Assembly (NCBI RefSeq): GCF_018350175.1
Contig: NC_058368.1
Span: 14,510,001 to 14,574,000 of the forward strand
Reading direction: 5' to 3'
Length of the DNA: 64,000 nucleotides
Source: Felis catus
Taxonomy: Eukaryota
A program made the position numbers and the translations under genes. The notes beneath the pieces were generated by a model. The model was not told the DNA's origin. It worked only from the letters and a program-made list of their open reading frames with translations, and ran no database searches. Positions 1 through 14,756 of the stretch are shown here, one piece after another (positions within the stretch are counted from its first letter, which is position 1; every line of letters starts with the position of its first letter).

Positions 1-165
1 TCTCGATTTCAGCTCGGGTCATGATCTCACGGTTCGTGACTTCAAACCCTACGTTGGGCTCAGTGCTGCTGGTGCAGAGCCTGCTTGGGGTTCTCTCTGT
101 CTCTCCCTTTCTTTCTGTCCCTTCCCTGCGTTCTCTCTCTCTTAAAGAAACTTAAAAAAAATTTA
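1..165 (+). mobile_element. SINEC (carnivore tRNA-derived SINE), cut by the window edge
   Basis: gtcatgatctcacggttcgtga...gagcctgcttggg, CT-rich segment, A-rich tail. Confidence 0.85.
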
Positions 166-1029
166 AAGAAATATTTTACTTTTAATATATTTTATTTTAG
201 AAAACTGTTGCTCATGTGGTAGACCTATGTTTAAAAGTACTCTTTATATATATTATCTGCAATCTGGTCTCCCCCTTTGAGGGAATATCATGTATTTTGT
301 AATTTGTAGATATGATTTCTGACACTTTTCAACCTATAAATTGGTACTTCCGGATACATGGGGTTATTTCATGCACCTCCTTGAATAACAGATTATTTCT
401 TCAGTTTGTATTTTGAATGTGAAGGATTTATACTTCTATGATGCATTATATTTCTAAAATCTATACTTATTTTTAGAATTGGCCATCCATTTCCATACTA
501 CTCTTACATACTTGAATGCTGCCAGTAATGTCAGTGTAAGGATACGGGATCCACAAATTCAACCCTAGAAACTGCTACATATCAGTAGCTCTCAGTCACA
601 GCATTCCACAATACACTTGTGGAGCCCAGAACTGTGCCTGACGCAAAGTAGTTGCTCAGTAAATATTTGCTGGGTGAATGATTGAATCATATAGGAGTAA
701 TAATGTCAATGATTTCAATATGTGGTCTGTTATGTCCAAACTAGTTAAACTGAACGAATCCTCCATTCAGGCGAATAAAGTAGCCAAAAATTGTTGGACC
801 AGATTTTTCTCTTGTTCACACGATCGCACCCAACCGATTAAACAGAACCTTTCATGTGGGTGCTAATAATGAATACCATATTGGAAAGAGTGTGACTTAG
901 AGTTTAATAATTTCCTGCTCTTGAACCTGGGCTCTGCTGTTTACTAGCCTCATTGCCCTGGGTAAATGAGTATCTATGGTCTTCCCATTTCTCACCTGTG
1001 AAATGTGGAGACATACTTTATAAGTGTTT

Positions 1030-1775
1030 TTTTTTTAATCATTATCATAAAATGCATTTGCTTTCAGTGTACCATTGAATGATTTTTAGTAGATTTACAG
1101 AGTGGTGTGACCATCCCCACAATCTAATTTTAGAACATCTCCATCATCCCAGAAAGATCCTGTGACTATTTTCAGTCACTCTCTATACCCACCTCCAGCC
1201 CTAGGCAACCATTAATCTGTTTTCTATCTCCACAAGTTTGCCTTTTCTGGACATGTTATATAAATGGAACTGATTAATACGTGTTCTTTTGTGTTTGACT
1301 TCTTTCACCTGGCATAGTTTTTGAGATCAATCCATGTTGCAGCCCGTGTCAGTACTTGGCTCTTTTTCATAACGGCACTCCATGTTTTGTTGATCTACTC
1401 ATCAGTTGAACATTTGGGTTGTTTCCACTTTGGGGCTGTTGTAAGTAATGCCGCTCTGAACACTCCTGTATCAGTCTCTATGTGGACACACGTTTTCATT
1501 GCTTTGGGATGTATACCTAGAGTAGGGTTGTTGAGTCATGGTAAATTTATGTCTAACTTCTAAGAAATTACCTATTTTGCAAAGGGTCTGTACCATTTTA
1601 GGTTCCCACTAACAACAGATGCCTGTTTCAATCCTTCCACATCTTCACCAACACTTGTTATCGCCTGTTTTTTATTATAACCATTCTAGTAGATGTGAAA
1701 TAAAATCTCATTATGGTTTAATTTCCATTTTTCTAGTGACTAACGATGTTGACTGTCTTTTCATGTGCTTTTTAG
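1030..1775 (-). mobile_element. Old L1M (L1MB-like) 3' end fragment
   Basis: Antisense L1M 3' motifs, e.g. ttttagaacatctccatcatccc, gggttgtttccactttggggct, ccacatcttcaccaacacttg. Confidence 0.8.
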
Positions 1776-2086
1776 ATGCTGAAACATCTTACATGTATTT
1801 TAATAAAACATTAAGTAGTGACTCATTACAGATACAACCTTTGTGCTCCTCATTAGTGAAATGCCTACAGAATTAATAATTTTATTAATGATATGCCTAA
1901 CTGAAAAAAGAAAAGGCATCTGTGCTTCTAAAAGCAAATCCTCAAGGTAGCATCATACACAGAATGTCTTCAATACAGGGAAAGAGAATTATTATGGATA
2001 CGAAACCATCAGGTAATTAGTATTGATATAAACTGGATAAGACCGTACACTCTTGACTAACTTTGCATAAAAATCATGAGGCTTCT

Positions 2087-2289
2087 GGGGCGCCTGGGTG
2101 GCTCAGTCGGTTAAGTGTCCGACTTCGGCTCAGGTCATGGTCTCACAGTTCATGAGTTCAAGCCCCACATCGGGCTGACAGCTTAGAGCCTGGAGCCTGC
2201 TTCCAATTCTGTGTCTCCCTCTCTCTCTGCTCCTCCCCCGCTCATGCTCTGTTTCTCTCATTCCTTCAAAAATAAAGAAAAACATTTTG
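2087..2289 (+). mobile_element. SINEC_Fc-type SINE with TSD
   Basis: ggggcgcctgggtggctcagtcggttaag head; TSD AAAAATCAYGAGGCTTC at 2069-2085 and 2290-2306. Confidence 0.95.
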
Positions 2290-4133
2290 AAAAATCACGA
2301 GGCTTCATTCATCTAATATGATGGGTAGTAATATAATCCAACTGAATAAACATTCCAGATAAAATAAGTTTCTAGATTTTTATGGTGAAAACTTTTTTGC
2401 AGACTTGTTTTTTCTAAATTTGATCACTCCTTCGCTCCCTATCCTCTTATACAAAAGAAGAAACTTCTTCTCTCTATTATGAGTACCCATTGTTATTGTA
2501 TGAAGGATATACTTCTATATTCTTTTTATATTTTCTTCTGTAAATTGTGAGCTATCAGCACACTTTCCTTTATAGCCATACCAATTCAAATGTGTTGTTT
2601 AAAATCTCCAGTCTGCAAAACCAGTTAATCAAATGTATCAAAGCCTCATGATCAATGAGTCAGTCAAATGCTAATTGAGGCCCTGGAGGAAATGTATACT
2701 TTGTAGCTTTGGTAGAGTGACTGTATCTTCTGCCTCAGGTTTTATTGGTCATTGTTTGATCACTTCCAGTGTAGAAATGTACCAAAACATGAAATGACAA
2801 AATTCTGCCTTTAGTACAGTGGAATGTACCAGTTTGCACCCCTCCCTACAGCTAGCTCTACGGCTAGTAGCCTACGACATTCTCCTGACTTCTCTGGTGT
2901 AGCTGCTTACATGTTTTTCTCTACTGTCCTCACTCTAAGACTTACTGCTCACAAGTGCTGCAAATCGGGATGTACATACCCTAACCTTAGTCACCTTACC
3001 CTGTAGCCCAGTGATGGTCCTGAGTCATCCCAATAGGAAGGTTGACCAAGATGCAATAATGGCAGTGATAGTCCTTATACCCTGTGCCCTTTTTGAGTGT
3101 TTATTCTTTGTCGGATACTTGCTAGAGCTTCAAATACATTATTCTTTTAATCCTCAAAAAGTCTTTTAGGAATTATCTTGGAACCCAGAGAGGTAAATGA
3201 CCTTGCCCAGATATCACCTACTTATCAAAGTGGCCGTGTTACTATCCACAGTGCTCAGGATAAAATGATGATTTAAGGAGCTGTGGAAAGGGAGAAGGGA
3301 AAGAAACATGTCTTCTAACAAGAATCAGTACCTTGGGGTCAGTGGAAGAAAAGAAAGAAATGAGTGAGCATTGAACCAAAACCAGCAGGATGTTCTGGCC
3401 CCAACAGCCATGTAGATCTGACTTTCTGAGATCTCATTTCTACCTCTTTCTCCCCCAGCCCTTACCCTGTGAGGCTCCCTTTCCAGCGGGCGAGACCTCT
3501 GCTTAGAGTGCAGCAGTTGTGAGCGGAAGAAGACTCTTTAACTCTGCAGATGGAGGAAATGTAAACTTTAGAGGCACACACAGGATTTTAGAGCTGGAAC
3601 AGATCTGTATTTCAATAAGGAGACGAAGACCCGGGAAGGCTACATGACTCACCCAAGTGCTTTTTCTACTTACCATACCTAGCATTGCAGATTGGAACTC
3701 TGAATGTCGTGTCTCCTGGACCCACTGATAGTCTCTGAAATGTCAGCTGTATATTTAATTAAATACGGCTTTATAGATCGACTTGACAACCAAAGCAGAT
3801 TAGACTAATACTGTTTCCCCTGCAATATCTATTCCAAACACCACCTTATAAAGGAACTTTGGAATAGAGCTTATTTGTTATTTGCAAACTAATTATATCT
3901 ATGCATGGAAGATTGCCAAACACCTAATTTTGACTGAGACTTAAAATTGAGTTTTAATTTAATTATTTAATTGAATTGTTCATGTGATCACCACATAAGA
4001 TTTTTTAAAAAGTCTCTTTTCCTGAGAAATACCTGATTCTCACCAAATGGTTTCGTGTATCATTTGGATCTTAAGAGAGTTGGGATTATTCATCAAAGAG
4101 AATTAGGATTTTTCATTGAAAGATACAGCCTGA

Positions 4134-4253
4134 GGGGCACCTGAGTGCCTCAGTGGGTTAAGCGTCCAGCTCTTCATTTTGGCTCAGGTCATGATCTCAT
4201 GGTTTGTGAGTTTGAGCTCTGAGTCCGGCTCTGCAGTTCAGAGCCTGCTTAGG

Positions 4254-4295
<42 letters not shown>

Positions 4296-4525
4296 CCTCC
4301 CCACCTCCACCACTCACACGCACACATGCTCTATCTCTCTCTCTCAAGAATAAATATACATTTTTTTGAAAACTTAAAAAAAAGAAAGATACAGCTTAGA
4401 GCGCCTGGGTGGCTCAGTCGGTTAAGCGGCCGACTTCGGCTCACGTCATGATCTTGCGGTTTGTGAGTTCGAGCCCTGCATTGGGCTCTGTGCTGACAGC
4501 TCAGAGCCTGGAGCCTATTTCAGAT

Positions 4526-4569
<44 letters not shown>

Positions 4570-4637
4570 TCCCCCATTCATGCTCTGTCTCTCTCTGTCT
4601 CAAAAATAAATAAACGTTAAAAAAAATTTTTTAAAAA
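4134..4637 (+). mobile_element. Two tandem SINEC copies (4134-4383 and ~4398-4637)
   Basis: Two heads, two (CT)n tracts and tails; the target motif GAAAGATACAGCYT occurs three times. Confidence 0.95.
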
Positions 4638-6023
4638 GAAAGATACAGCTTGAGAAATGATTGTAACATTATAAAGACAAGTTAAAGTCTAAAATAGATT
4701 TTCCCTCTTACTTCAAGAAAAAGCAAAATTTATAAGTATAAATTTTGAGTAATAAATTATTTTATATTTATAATTGCTCAGAGTACTTCTGTTGAATATA
4801 AATAAATAAACTACAAGAAACATTTTAATCCTGATACTAAACTTACCAGTTGCTATAATGAATTACCTGACTTCTGTTTACATACCTGTTATATCTTGTC
4901 TTTCTATCAGCTCAAGTGCTGCTGAACAAACTTTCAGACAAAATACAGTGCTTCTTTAAAATAAATCTCACTATTTACTATCAATGTAAATACGTTGATA
5001 TTTACGTTGAGAAATACGTGTGTTTATCAAGCCACAAGAATGTCATCAAGCCAAGTTCATACAACATACTAGGAACTATAAAGATTGCATATAATGTGGT
5101 GAATTAACTGTCCCTCAAAGATGTACTCACGTATTCAAAACAATTAAGTTTCATAACTGACTAAAATATGAGGGATAAATACTTGTGCATTTCTGAAAAT
5201 GTCGTAAAACATTTTCAGAAATGCATAGTAATTTTTGCAGTTCTTTTTTCGTTGAGGTATAGTTGACATATAACATATTACTGTTTATATGTATTATATA
5301 TTACATTTTTATTATAACAACAAGTTCCAACTTGTTTTTGTGAAGAAGTGAAAGAAGCAAGCACTGGGGTTTTTCTGTATTCTAAGCCAAATCCCTGTTA
5401 TCTTGTAGCCATTAATGAGTCAGGTAAGACTTTTGAACTAAATCTTTACTCCATGGAGTGAAAGGCTTTACCCCAAATCCCGCATATTTGGGGAAATCCA
5501 ACTGCCCCTGTCTTGGTTCCGTGCAGCACCAGAATGCAGGGTCAGGTTCAATCAACCGTGTGTAGGAAGTGCCTGCTAGCACAGAACAGGTGGCTTGGGA
5601 AGTGTTTATTCTTCCTGTTGTCTTTCCCTGGGTTTCCCTAGAAGAGACCCTGAAGAATAGGAAGGGAAAGCTACCATGGCGTCACCTAGGCTCTGCATCC
5701 ACAGCCGCCACTCTTGGTCGCATCAGAATTGGAGCTAACGGGCAGCCGGAGAGAGCCGCCTCTTAGAAGAACAGTCCTAGACATCAGAGCGAGCAAAGGA
5801 CGTCTTTTGAACAGTAGCGTGTGTCTGCTCTCCTCCCTCAGTGTCTCCTGCGCTGCTTTCCTTCAGCTTGCAGTTTTTCTTCACAGTATCCTGTTCTTAG
5901 CTGACTCTGCTCCAGCTTCTGGTCCGTTTCCCCATCGTACTGCTGGGAAATGATCGCACTGATGTCATTCAGAAACAATGCCAGGCATCTGTGTTAACAG
6001 TAGGAAATGTAATCAATCATGTG

Positions 6024-6063
<40 letters not shown>

Positions 6064-7819
6064 TGAAGGAATAGTTATTGGATGAATATTTCCCTAATAT
6101 ACAAAGCCTGAGTTATAACAGAAAATATAGAAGGGTTTAAATTTCCCACAAATTCCACGAACACAGCCCTCATTCTTTTATATTGTTTTGTAACGTTAAA
6201 AGTTTCTGACTTTGTACCAGCTGGGTAGCTCATGTAGGATTTAGTTCTTATGAAATAGGTTTAGAGAAAATGTGCTCCAGTATATTTATAATTTGGGCTG
6301 GGATTATCTTCAGTTATTTGAAGGAGTTCTTTGTCATAAGCCTACAGTATAAAATGAAAATGTCATATATCCCAAAGAAATGACATTCAGGGTGGTAAAA
6401 AAAAAAACGTTCATTTCTTCGTGAGGATTAGTATTCTGTACCCATGAGCACATCCTCCTCCTTCTTTCAAGATGTCATTCAGGAATTCAAGGCAAAGAAG
6501 GCAAAAGTAATATTATAAAAAGGAATGACATCATTGACCATAAATCAGTTTTTATTCTCTCACAGCAGCAATTGAAAAGGTATTTGATGTATTTGTAGAA
6601 GTTTTTATGTGTAGAAATTTTTAGATAGGCATCTAAATTTTAATTTTTTAAAAGTGAAATGGTACTTTAAGTTTTAAGGATGTATTTTGTTTTAGTTAAT
6701 TGGTGTGCTAGTTATGGGAGATAACATATATAATTAATTAGAGTTGTTTATACCTTGTAAATATAGTGACAAGGATTGTGTTTTACCAAACTGTGAAATT
6801 CAAATTTTGGCCTCATTGGAAAAGCTGGAAAAGCAATATAGACACTTTGAGTAGATATTTCAATAAATTCTGAATGCATTGAGTTCATACGTCAAGAATT
6901 GGTTTAATTTACCCACACCCAGCTAGGCTGATTACAACTCACTCATGAAACATTAATAAAGCACTGTGTTCAGTTCTAACATGATTATAATCTGACCTCT
7001 CCACAAAGGACAGAAATAGAAAGTATCTCTGATAACATTACCCTAATGCTGGGTTCATCAATCATAATCTGCCCTTTTTTTAAATTTGTTTTAGAAAAAG
7101 GCCTTTCACGGATGTGCACTGATAATCTCATCCAGCCCTCAACCCACAGGTCCCTGGTGCTCCCAGACCACATGTAGAACGTTCTCAGTCTGAGCAGCAG
7201 TGCGATGTGCACTGAGGCAGAGAAAGAGAACTGAATGTCGTTTCACTTTTGCTGTATTACCTCCTTTATAAGATCTCCATGTTTTAAAGAAAAAAGTCTC
7301 TTTTTGATAGGTAACAGTTTGCATTTGGGTATATTTTTATGCTAAGAAAAAACGCCCTGTTCAAAAAAGAATTTGTAGTAAATGAGAATTTTTGGAGGTG
7401 TTTTGCAGCAACTCAGAATACTGAGCTAGATGTCATGTGTTTGCGTGCACACTCTGGCCCCTGCTAGCTGTGACACCTTGGACAAATAAGTCACCCTTAA
7501 TCTCTTGGAGTTTCAGTGTCTTTCAATCTATAACTGGGGATCTGCCTATTCCATAAACCTTCACAGAGAGCCAGCTCTGAGTAAGGCATTATGGAAAACA
7601 CAAAGAAGCATTGAACAGGGACCCTACTCAAAAGAAAGCTAAATTAGAGAAATTCTTTCTTTATCCCAGTCATTGAGGTCCTGTTACACAGTTCATACTT
7701 CTCTAGGCTCTGGAAACACTATCATGAGCAACACAGTGAGTGGCCTTCAGGAGCTCCCACTCTAGTTAGGAGAACAGACAAGTAAACGTACAGTCACAGC
7801 AAACGCTGATAGAGGCTAT

Positions 7820-8760
7820 CATCCATTCATTCAACAGATATGAGTGTTCCAGATGCTGTTTTATGTGGTTGGGGTATACCAGTGAAACAGACAAAGATCC
7901 CTGCCCTCATACACCTTACTATTGATCGAAGGCAGACAGACAACAAAATAGTAAATAAATAAGTAAAATATGTAGTATGTGAGAAAGTAATCAATAGTAT
8001 GGAAAAAAGATGCAGTGGAAGGTAAAGGGATCAGGAATACACAGATTGGTGGTCAGGATCCCCTCAGTGAGATTTGCATTAAGACTGGAAGGAGGTGAGG
8101 GAGTGGATCAAGTGACTGTCTTGGGGAAAGACCATTGCAGGCAGAAGGACCATCTGGAGCAAAGGCCCTGTGGCAGGGATGTGCTTCCCTCGGAAACCAA
8201 GGAGCCAGGGGGGAGTGAGCAGGAAGGGGGCACCTAGTACAAGACTGAGCAGTACCGAGGTCAGATCACAGAAGGCTTTGAAGGCCAGCGTAAGCACTTT
8301 GAGTTTTCACTCTGAGTGAAATGGAAAGCCATCACAGTGCTTTGGAGCAGAAGAGTGCCACAATCTTACTTACATTTTGAAAGGATTGTTCTGGCTGCAG
8401 TGTTGGGAGTGAACTGTTGAGGCACAGGGTAGAATCAGGCGTATCTGTTAGCAAGTGTTGTGAGAGATGATGGTGGCTTGGACCAGGGTGGTACCAGTGA
8501 AGGTAGTAAGAAATTAATCAATTCTGGGTGGGGTTTTTTTAGTGGTTTTGGTTTTAATTTTTAATTTTCATTTTAGAGAGAGAGAGAGAACGTGAGTGGG
8601 GGAGAGGGGAGGAGGGATAGAGACAAAGAATGTTAAGCAGGCTCCACACTGAGCTTGGGCTCCAATCCCACAACCTTGGGATCATGACCTGAGCTGAAAT
8701 CAACCGACCAAGCCACCCAGGCACCCCAATTCTGGGTGTATTTTAAAGTTGGAGCCAGCA
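7820..8760 (-). mobile_element. L2 fragment interrupted by an antisense SINEC (8531-8727)
   Basis: cattcattcaaca... is the reverse complement of the L2 3' end; the SINE has TSD AATTCTGGGTG at 8520-8530 and 8728-8738. Confidence 0.75.
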
Positions 8761-9129
8761 GTCTCTTTCTGCAACTTTCTGGCTGTGACCATTTTCCCTA
8801 AGATTTCTCTAGGCTTACAGAGGCAAGTAAATGGTAGGGGGGACAGGCCCTGTAAATGTAGAATGGTGATGGATAGAGCAGCAGAAATGGGATAGGGTAG
8901 AACATTTAGTGCCTTTTGTCAGCTTAGAGTTTGAGCAGAAATTTGAGCAGCAGGAAAAGCCCAAGTTGACATGTTTATCTCCCACTACATTGTGATATTT
9001 TTGAGGGCGTGGAATGCTTGTTCATCTGTATATCCTCCAAGGCTAGGCTTGGCTTTCTAACATAGGGTAGAGGGTCAGTAATTTGGGGCTGGAGAGAGAT
9101 TATTTTCCCATTGTTTATTTGCATTTCAA

Positions 9130-9626
9130 TGAGATATACCCCTAGAGATCAAGGCTTTTGTCTTGTTTACCATAGTATCTCTGGGGCCTAGAATAACTGC
9201 CTGGCACATAATAGATGCTCGATATTGAATGGATGATGGATGAATGAATGAATGAATGAATGGCTGTTACCTCTGTTTGAAAACCTCTTCCCCCAAATGT
9301 CTTTATAGTTCACTTCCTCACTGTGGTCCTTAATTATCACAAACTCAAGGAAACCTTCTCTGATCACCTCCTCCAAAATAGCAATCCCCTCCTCATCCAT
9401 GCATACTCCTTAACTTTCTTTCCTACCTTTCTCTTTTCTTTAGCACTTACTACCTTCTGACGTACTGTGTGTCTTACTAATAATTGGGGGGGTGTCAATC
9501 TCCTCCCGCTACAGCGTGAACACTGCAGAACAGTATTTTCTTTTATCTACTGCTGTAATCCTAAAATCTATAATATTGTCAGCGCATAGCAGATGGTCAG
9601 TCAATAGTTACTGAATGAATGAATGA
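9130..9626 (+). mobile_element. Two tandem L2 3'-end fragments
   Basis: ...cctggcacataatagatgctc...tgaatgaatgaa ending near 9262, and a second similar end near 9626. Confidence 0.7.
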
Positions 9627-11642
9627 GCTTCTTTCCCACCCCTGACATTTTTTCCTTCTTGTTACCAACACTTCTTTCTCATTGCTTAATTAATTATCCA
9701 ATAATATTTATCAAATACTTTTAATGTTAGGTGGGGTGCTATGGCAAATGGAAAAGAAGCATTAGATATGATCCCTATCTTCGAAATGCTTATATTCTAA
9801 TATATACAGTATTGCAAGTTTGAAACAAGTGCTAATTGGTAATGACCCCATTTGTTTGTATAGCACTTTCCAATTTATATGCAAATTGATTTTCACAAGT
9901 AAATGTGTATACATAATCTTACTGCATTAAACAGGAGGGTACAGGTTTCAAGTGTCATAGAAATTCATAGAAGAATTCATAGAGTGTGAGCTGGAGAACT
10001 CAGGAAACAAACGTTGCACTTGAGTAAGAAGGATGGCTAAGACCTCAAAAAGAAGCAGGAGGTTGAAATGCTTTCATCTTGAGGAGAAAGGAGCCACAGA
10101 GGCTCAAAGGTTGTACCAGCTGCTGTGTGCCCCGGGGGTGTGAATTGTCTGTGCTTCTTGGAGCCAGGAATCCTATCAGCAAGTCCCGAGAAGTCATGGT
10201 GGACGGTGGGATCATGATTTGAGAGACCTTAGTGGCCAGGTAAAGTTTACCCTACCATGTTTTTGCTGGGAGGAACCGTGGAAAATTTGAGATAGAGGAT
10301 GACCATAGGAACATGATGGTTTCAGAAGTCTATGTCCCCAGCAGGGTGCAAGACAGGTTAGAAGAGAGAAACAGGTTGAGGACTATTGACAGTCGCCCAT
10401 GTGGAGAGCAGTGAGAGCTAAGACCAGGGTGGGGCGAGGGGGAAGGGAAAAGAATTCTCTGTATTTATACATCCAGTGAGCAATCACATAATAGGATAAT
10501 TTAAGTTCCCTGCAGAAGATGTAGCGCTGTGATTCCTGATTGCTTAACTATATGCAACTCTCTTTAAGAATTTTTTCAAAATCAGAAGCAGATTTTTGAG
10601 GTAATAAGAGAAGGGGCTTGGAAGTATTCTTGCTCTTATCTAGAAGAGGAGATGGAAATTCAATATTCTTAAATAAAAGAATTCAGGAGAAATAAATATT
10701 CTTTCCTGAGAGTTCATTCCAGCAGCCTAGTTTCCTTTTTCATAAGTTTCAGAGACACTTTATCCTAAACCTGCTGGAGAAAGAATCCTCTAGCATCTAA
10801 TACCCATGGGACAACATGGAAATGGGAATTAGGTAACTATTATCCATCAAAGAGATATCCCTCTACGGTGTAAATCTCACTCCTTATTTCCTTCCTCCCA
10901 GATCCCCAGGGCAGAATTATGGATTGGGAATTGGTTTATCTAGGCTTAAAGCAATTGCTTCTGCTTTTAGATATGCAAGTAGAGGGTAAAGCAAGCTATT
11001 AAGACCATTATAACCCTAATAGCTTGGTAATCAAATGTTTCTGTATATTTTTCCATTGTAAGTATTTGCAACAAAATCTTGTTTCAGAGTCCAAAATGGG
11101 CTTGTGCAAGAAAACATAGTTCTGTAAAGAACAAATAAGCAGAGAGCACGTATTTAATAACAGACCGATACTCTTTAGAGTACAGTTAAGTCTCAGTGTC
11201 AGACTTCAGCTTTAGATAGGTCTTTATGCTTTCATTATGGGCTATCAAAAATTTGATTCTTAGGTATGTATTTGATTTAGAGTTGGCTTTTAGATGTTCT
11301 AACTGGATTTTCTCTTCTCTTTGCACAGTGACCAGCAAGACAAGGTATAAGACAATATATAAGACAGATGTTTAAGACAGACGGTGTATGCAGTGTATAA
11401 TGTATAACACTATCTGTTGAATCTGCTACCTTATTGTTTCTTTGCTATTTAATCTTGTAATGCCCCTCCCCCCAAAAAACCTGAGACAAAATTATTTAAA
11501 CAATTAATTTTCCATTGATTCACTCTGCTGCCTCTCCAGCATATAAAATAGGATAGGCTAAATAACTATAGACTTTAATTGAATTAAAGAGTGTTAGAAA
11601 ATTTTTAAATTAAAAAAAAACATATAAAGATTGTTAGAAACA

Positions 11643-11848
11643 GGGGCACCTGGGTTGCTTAGTCGGTTAAGCATCCGACTTCAGCTCAGGTCATAATCTC
11701 ACAGTTCATAGGTTTGAGCCCCGCGTCGGGCTCTGTGCTAACAGCTCAGAACCTGGGGCCTGCTTCATATTCTGTGTCTCCCTCTCTCTCTGCCCGTCTT
11801 CTGCTCTCTCTCTCAAAAATGAATAAACATTTAAAAATTTTAAAAAAA
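11643..11848 (+). mobile_element. SINEC_Fc-type SINE
   Basis: Head ggggcacctggg; degenerate TSD aaagRttgttagaaRca. Confidence 0.92.
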
Positions 11849-11899
11849 GGTTGTTAGAAGCAAATATTGACATAATAATTTTTTTGAGATGGAACAAAT

Positions 11900-13075
11900 A
11901 TTGAGAAAAATGTATAAAATATTAAAATTAGCACCAAAAGAACTAAGACTTAAAAGTCTTTAAAAAATTTAAATGGTAAAATCTTCCCATCCCCAAATTA
12001 TCCAAGGCCATATTATTTTACGGGTAAATTCTACCAGATTTTCAAGAGATAATAGAGTCATTTCTTAGTAAGTTGTTGCAGAAAACATGGCCATCCATGA
12101 GGCTAGTGTGATCTTGACTCTAAAAGTAGCTAAAGGGAGAAAAAAGAATAAATAAATAGGGCCATTTCATGTATGGATATAAATACAAAAATTCTAAGTC
12201 AAGTATTATCTAACAACCCAACAATTATGTATATAAAATGTGTGAGTGTATATATGTGTGTCAGATCAAAACTAATCCTTCAAGATTAGGAAAAAGACAG
12301 AGATGCTCCATATCACCACTGTTATTGAATGTAGTCCTCAAGGGTGAGAACAATTCTATAAGAAGAAATAAAGAAGTTTTAGGTATATGGGGCACCTAGG
12401 TTGCTCAGTCAGTTAAGCATCTGACTTTGGCTTAGGTCATGATCTCATAGTTCTTGAGTTTGAGCCCCACATCTGGTGAGCTCCAGCCCTGCATCAGGTG
12501 AGCCCCACTTCTCTCTCTCCCTCTCCCTCCCTCTGTGCCCCTTGCTCACTTGCATCCTCTCTCTCTCTCTCAAAAAAAAAAAGTTATAGGTATAACTAAT
12601 TACCACAAGCAAAATCAACTTATAGAAATCAATGGCATTTTCTTTACATCATCAGTAACCAACTGTGAAATATAATTTTAGAAATGTTATCATTGCATCA
12701 AAACTTATAGACTATCTGAGAATTCCCACACCCTTTATGGAGAAAGTATTAATTTTTAACTCTAATAAAATACATAGAAAATAATCTGTATAGGTAAAGA
12801 GACATTCTGGGACCTTGGATGGGAAAACCTAGTATCAATTTTCCAAATTACTGCACAAATTTATTGGACTCCCAATCACAATTATTTTGATGTATCCATG
12901 TGCACTTATTCTAAAAGTTACAGGGAAGAATAAAGGTCCAGAAATAGCTGCATTGATTCTGAGAAAGAAAAAGAAATCTACCAAATACAAAGATATCTGA
13001 GAAATAAAGATAATTAAAATAAATAAAGGTAACAATAGAAATAAAAAGAATGGGACAAGCCGGAGACTCACACAT

Positions 13076-13109
<34 letters not shown>

Positions 13110-13209
13110 AGGAGAAGAAGAAGAAGAAGAAGAAGAAGAAGAAGAAGAAGAAGAAAGGAAGGAAGGATAAAAAAGAGGGAAGAAGGAAAAAGGGAGGACA
13201 GAAAGCAGA

Positions 13210-13271
<62 letters not shown>

Positions 13272-14707
13272 CCTTGCAACCCTTTTATTGGTTGTAATCA
13301 CTTGGCTGCTGATTGTATTGCTTTTTCTAGGTAGATTATCATATATGTAAACACTAGCAGTTTTACATCTTTGTTTCAAATATACACACACTAAAGATGA
13401 CACTACAGACCACTGAGGAAAGGTGTGTTTGTTTAATGGATGGTATTGGAAAAACTGACGTACTATAAAAACAAAAATAGTACTGGATCCCTATTTAATA
13501 CCACATATGAATGAAAGTAGACTCGAGGTGGATTAAAGATCAATATGTTAAAAGTAAATCCATAAATATAAAGATAATACGTCAAAATTATAGAAAGTTA
13601 TCTTTGTAACTTCAAATCAAAATCCCAAGAGCATAAAAATAAAGAGAAAGAAGTATTTGATTATCTCAAAATTAGGAATTTCTGTTCAACAAAGAACAAT
13701 ATGGATAAAGTTCATAGACACATGACATTTGGGGGAATTCATGTGCAGTGTTTAAAACCAACAAAGAGGGGCGCCTGGGTGGCGCAGTCGGTTAAGCATC
13801 CGACTTCAGCCAGGTCACGATCTCGCGGTCCGTGAGTTCAAGCCCCGCGTCAGGCTCTGGGCTGATGGTTCAGAGCCTGGAGCCTGTTTCCGATTCCGTG
13901 TCTCCCTCTCTCTCTGCCCCTCCCCCGTTCATGCTCTGTCTCTCTCTGTCCCAAAAATAAAATAAACATTGAAAAAAAAATAAAAAAAAACCAACAAGGA
14001 ACTATTATCCTAAATATATCAAGACCTTTTGCAAAGTAACGACATAAAGATAGGAACCTCCATAAAAAGAAGAGCAAAGGGTGTGAACAAGAAATTTACG
14101 GAAGAGGAAACCCAAAAGGCCAACAAGTGTATTAAAAAGATGTCAAGTTCCTTAGTAATCAGAGGAATACAAATTAAAACAATGAGATATTGATTGTTTC
14201 GTATCTATTACACTGGCTAAATTAGAAACCTGTATAATATCAAGAGCCAATGGGGATGTGGACATATAGAACCCTTCATGCACCACTGGAGGATGTGGAG
14301 CTGGGCAGCCATTCTGAAGAGCACCTGCAGACTAATGGCTGCTGAGTCATGGGGTTTATACACATCCACTGTGGTGACACAGCAGTCCTACTCCAGATTA
14401 TGAGTCCCAAAGAAATTCTTACAAAGATCCAAAAGGAGATGCAAAAGTGGACATTTATCACAGCATCGTATCATGAGGACTTAGAGGCAGTCTAATGCTC
14501 ATTGCTGGGGGGAGTTCTATGCAGCCATTAGAATCAGTAGACTACCGGGGCACTTGTGTGGCTCAGTTGGTGAAGTGCCCAACTCTTGATTTTAGTTCAG
14601 GTCACAATCTCAATGTTCATGAGTTCAAGTTCCACTTCAGGCTGACAGTATAGAACCTGCGTGGGATTCTCTCTCTCTCTCCCACTCTCTCTGCCCCTCC
14701 CCTCCTT

Positions 14708-14756
<49 letters not shown>

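Noticed and set aside
12911..13403. Long ORFs of poly-R/K/E or poly-L/S/F
   Set aside because: They are translations of the purine microsatellite.
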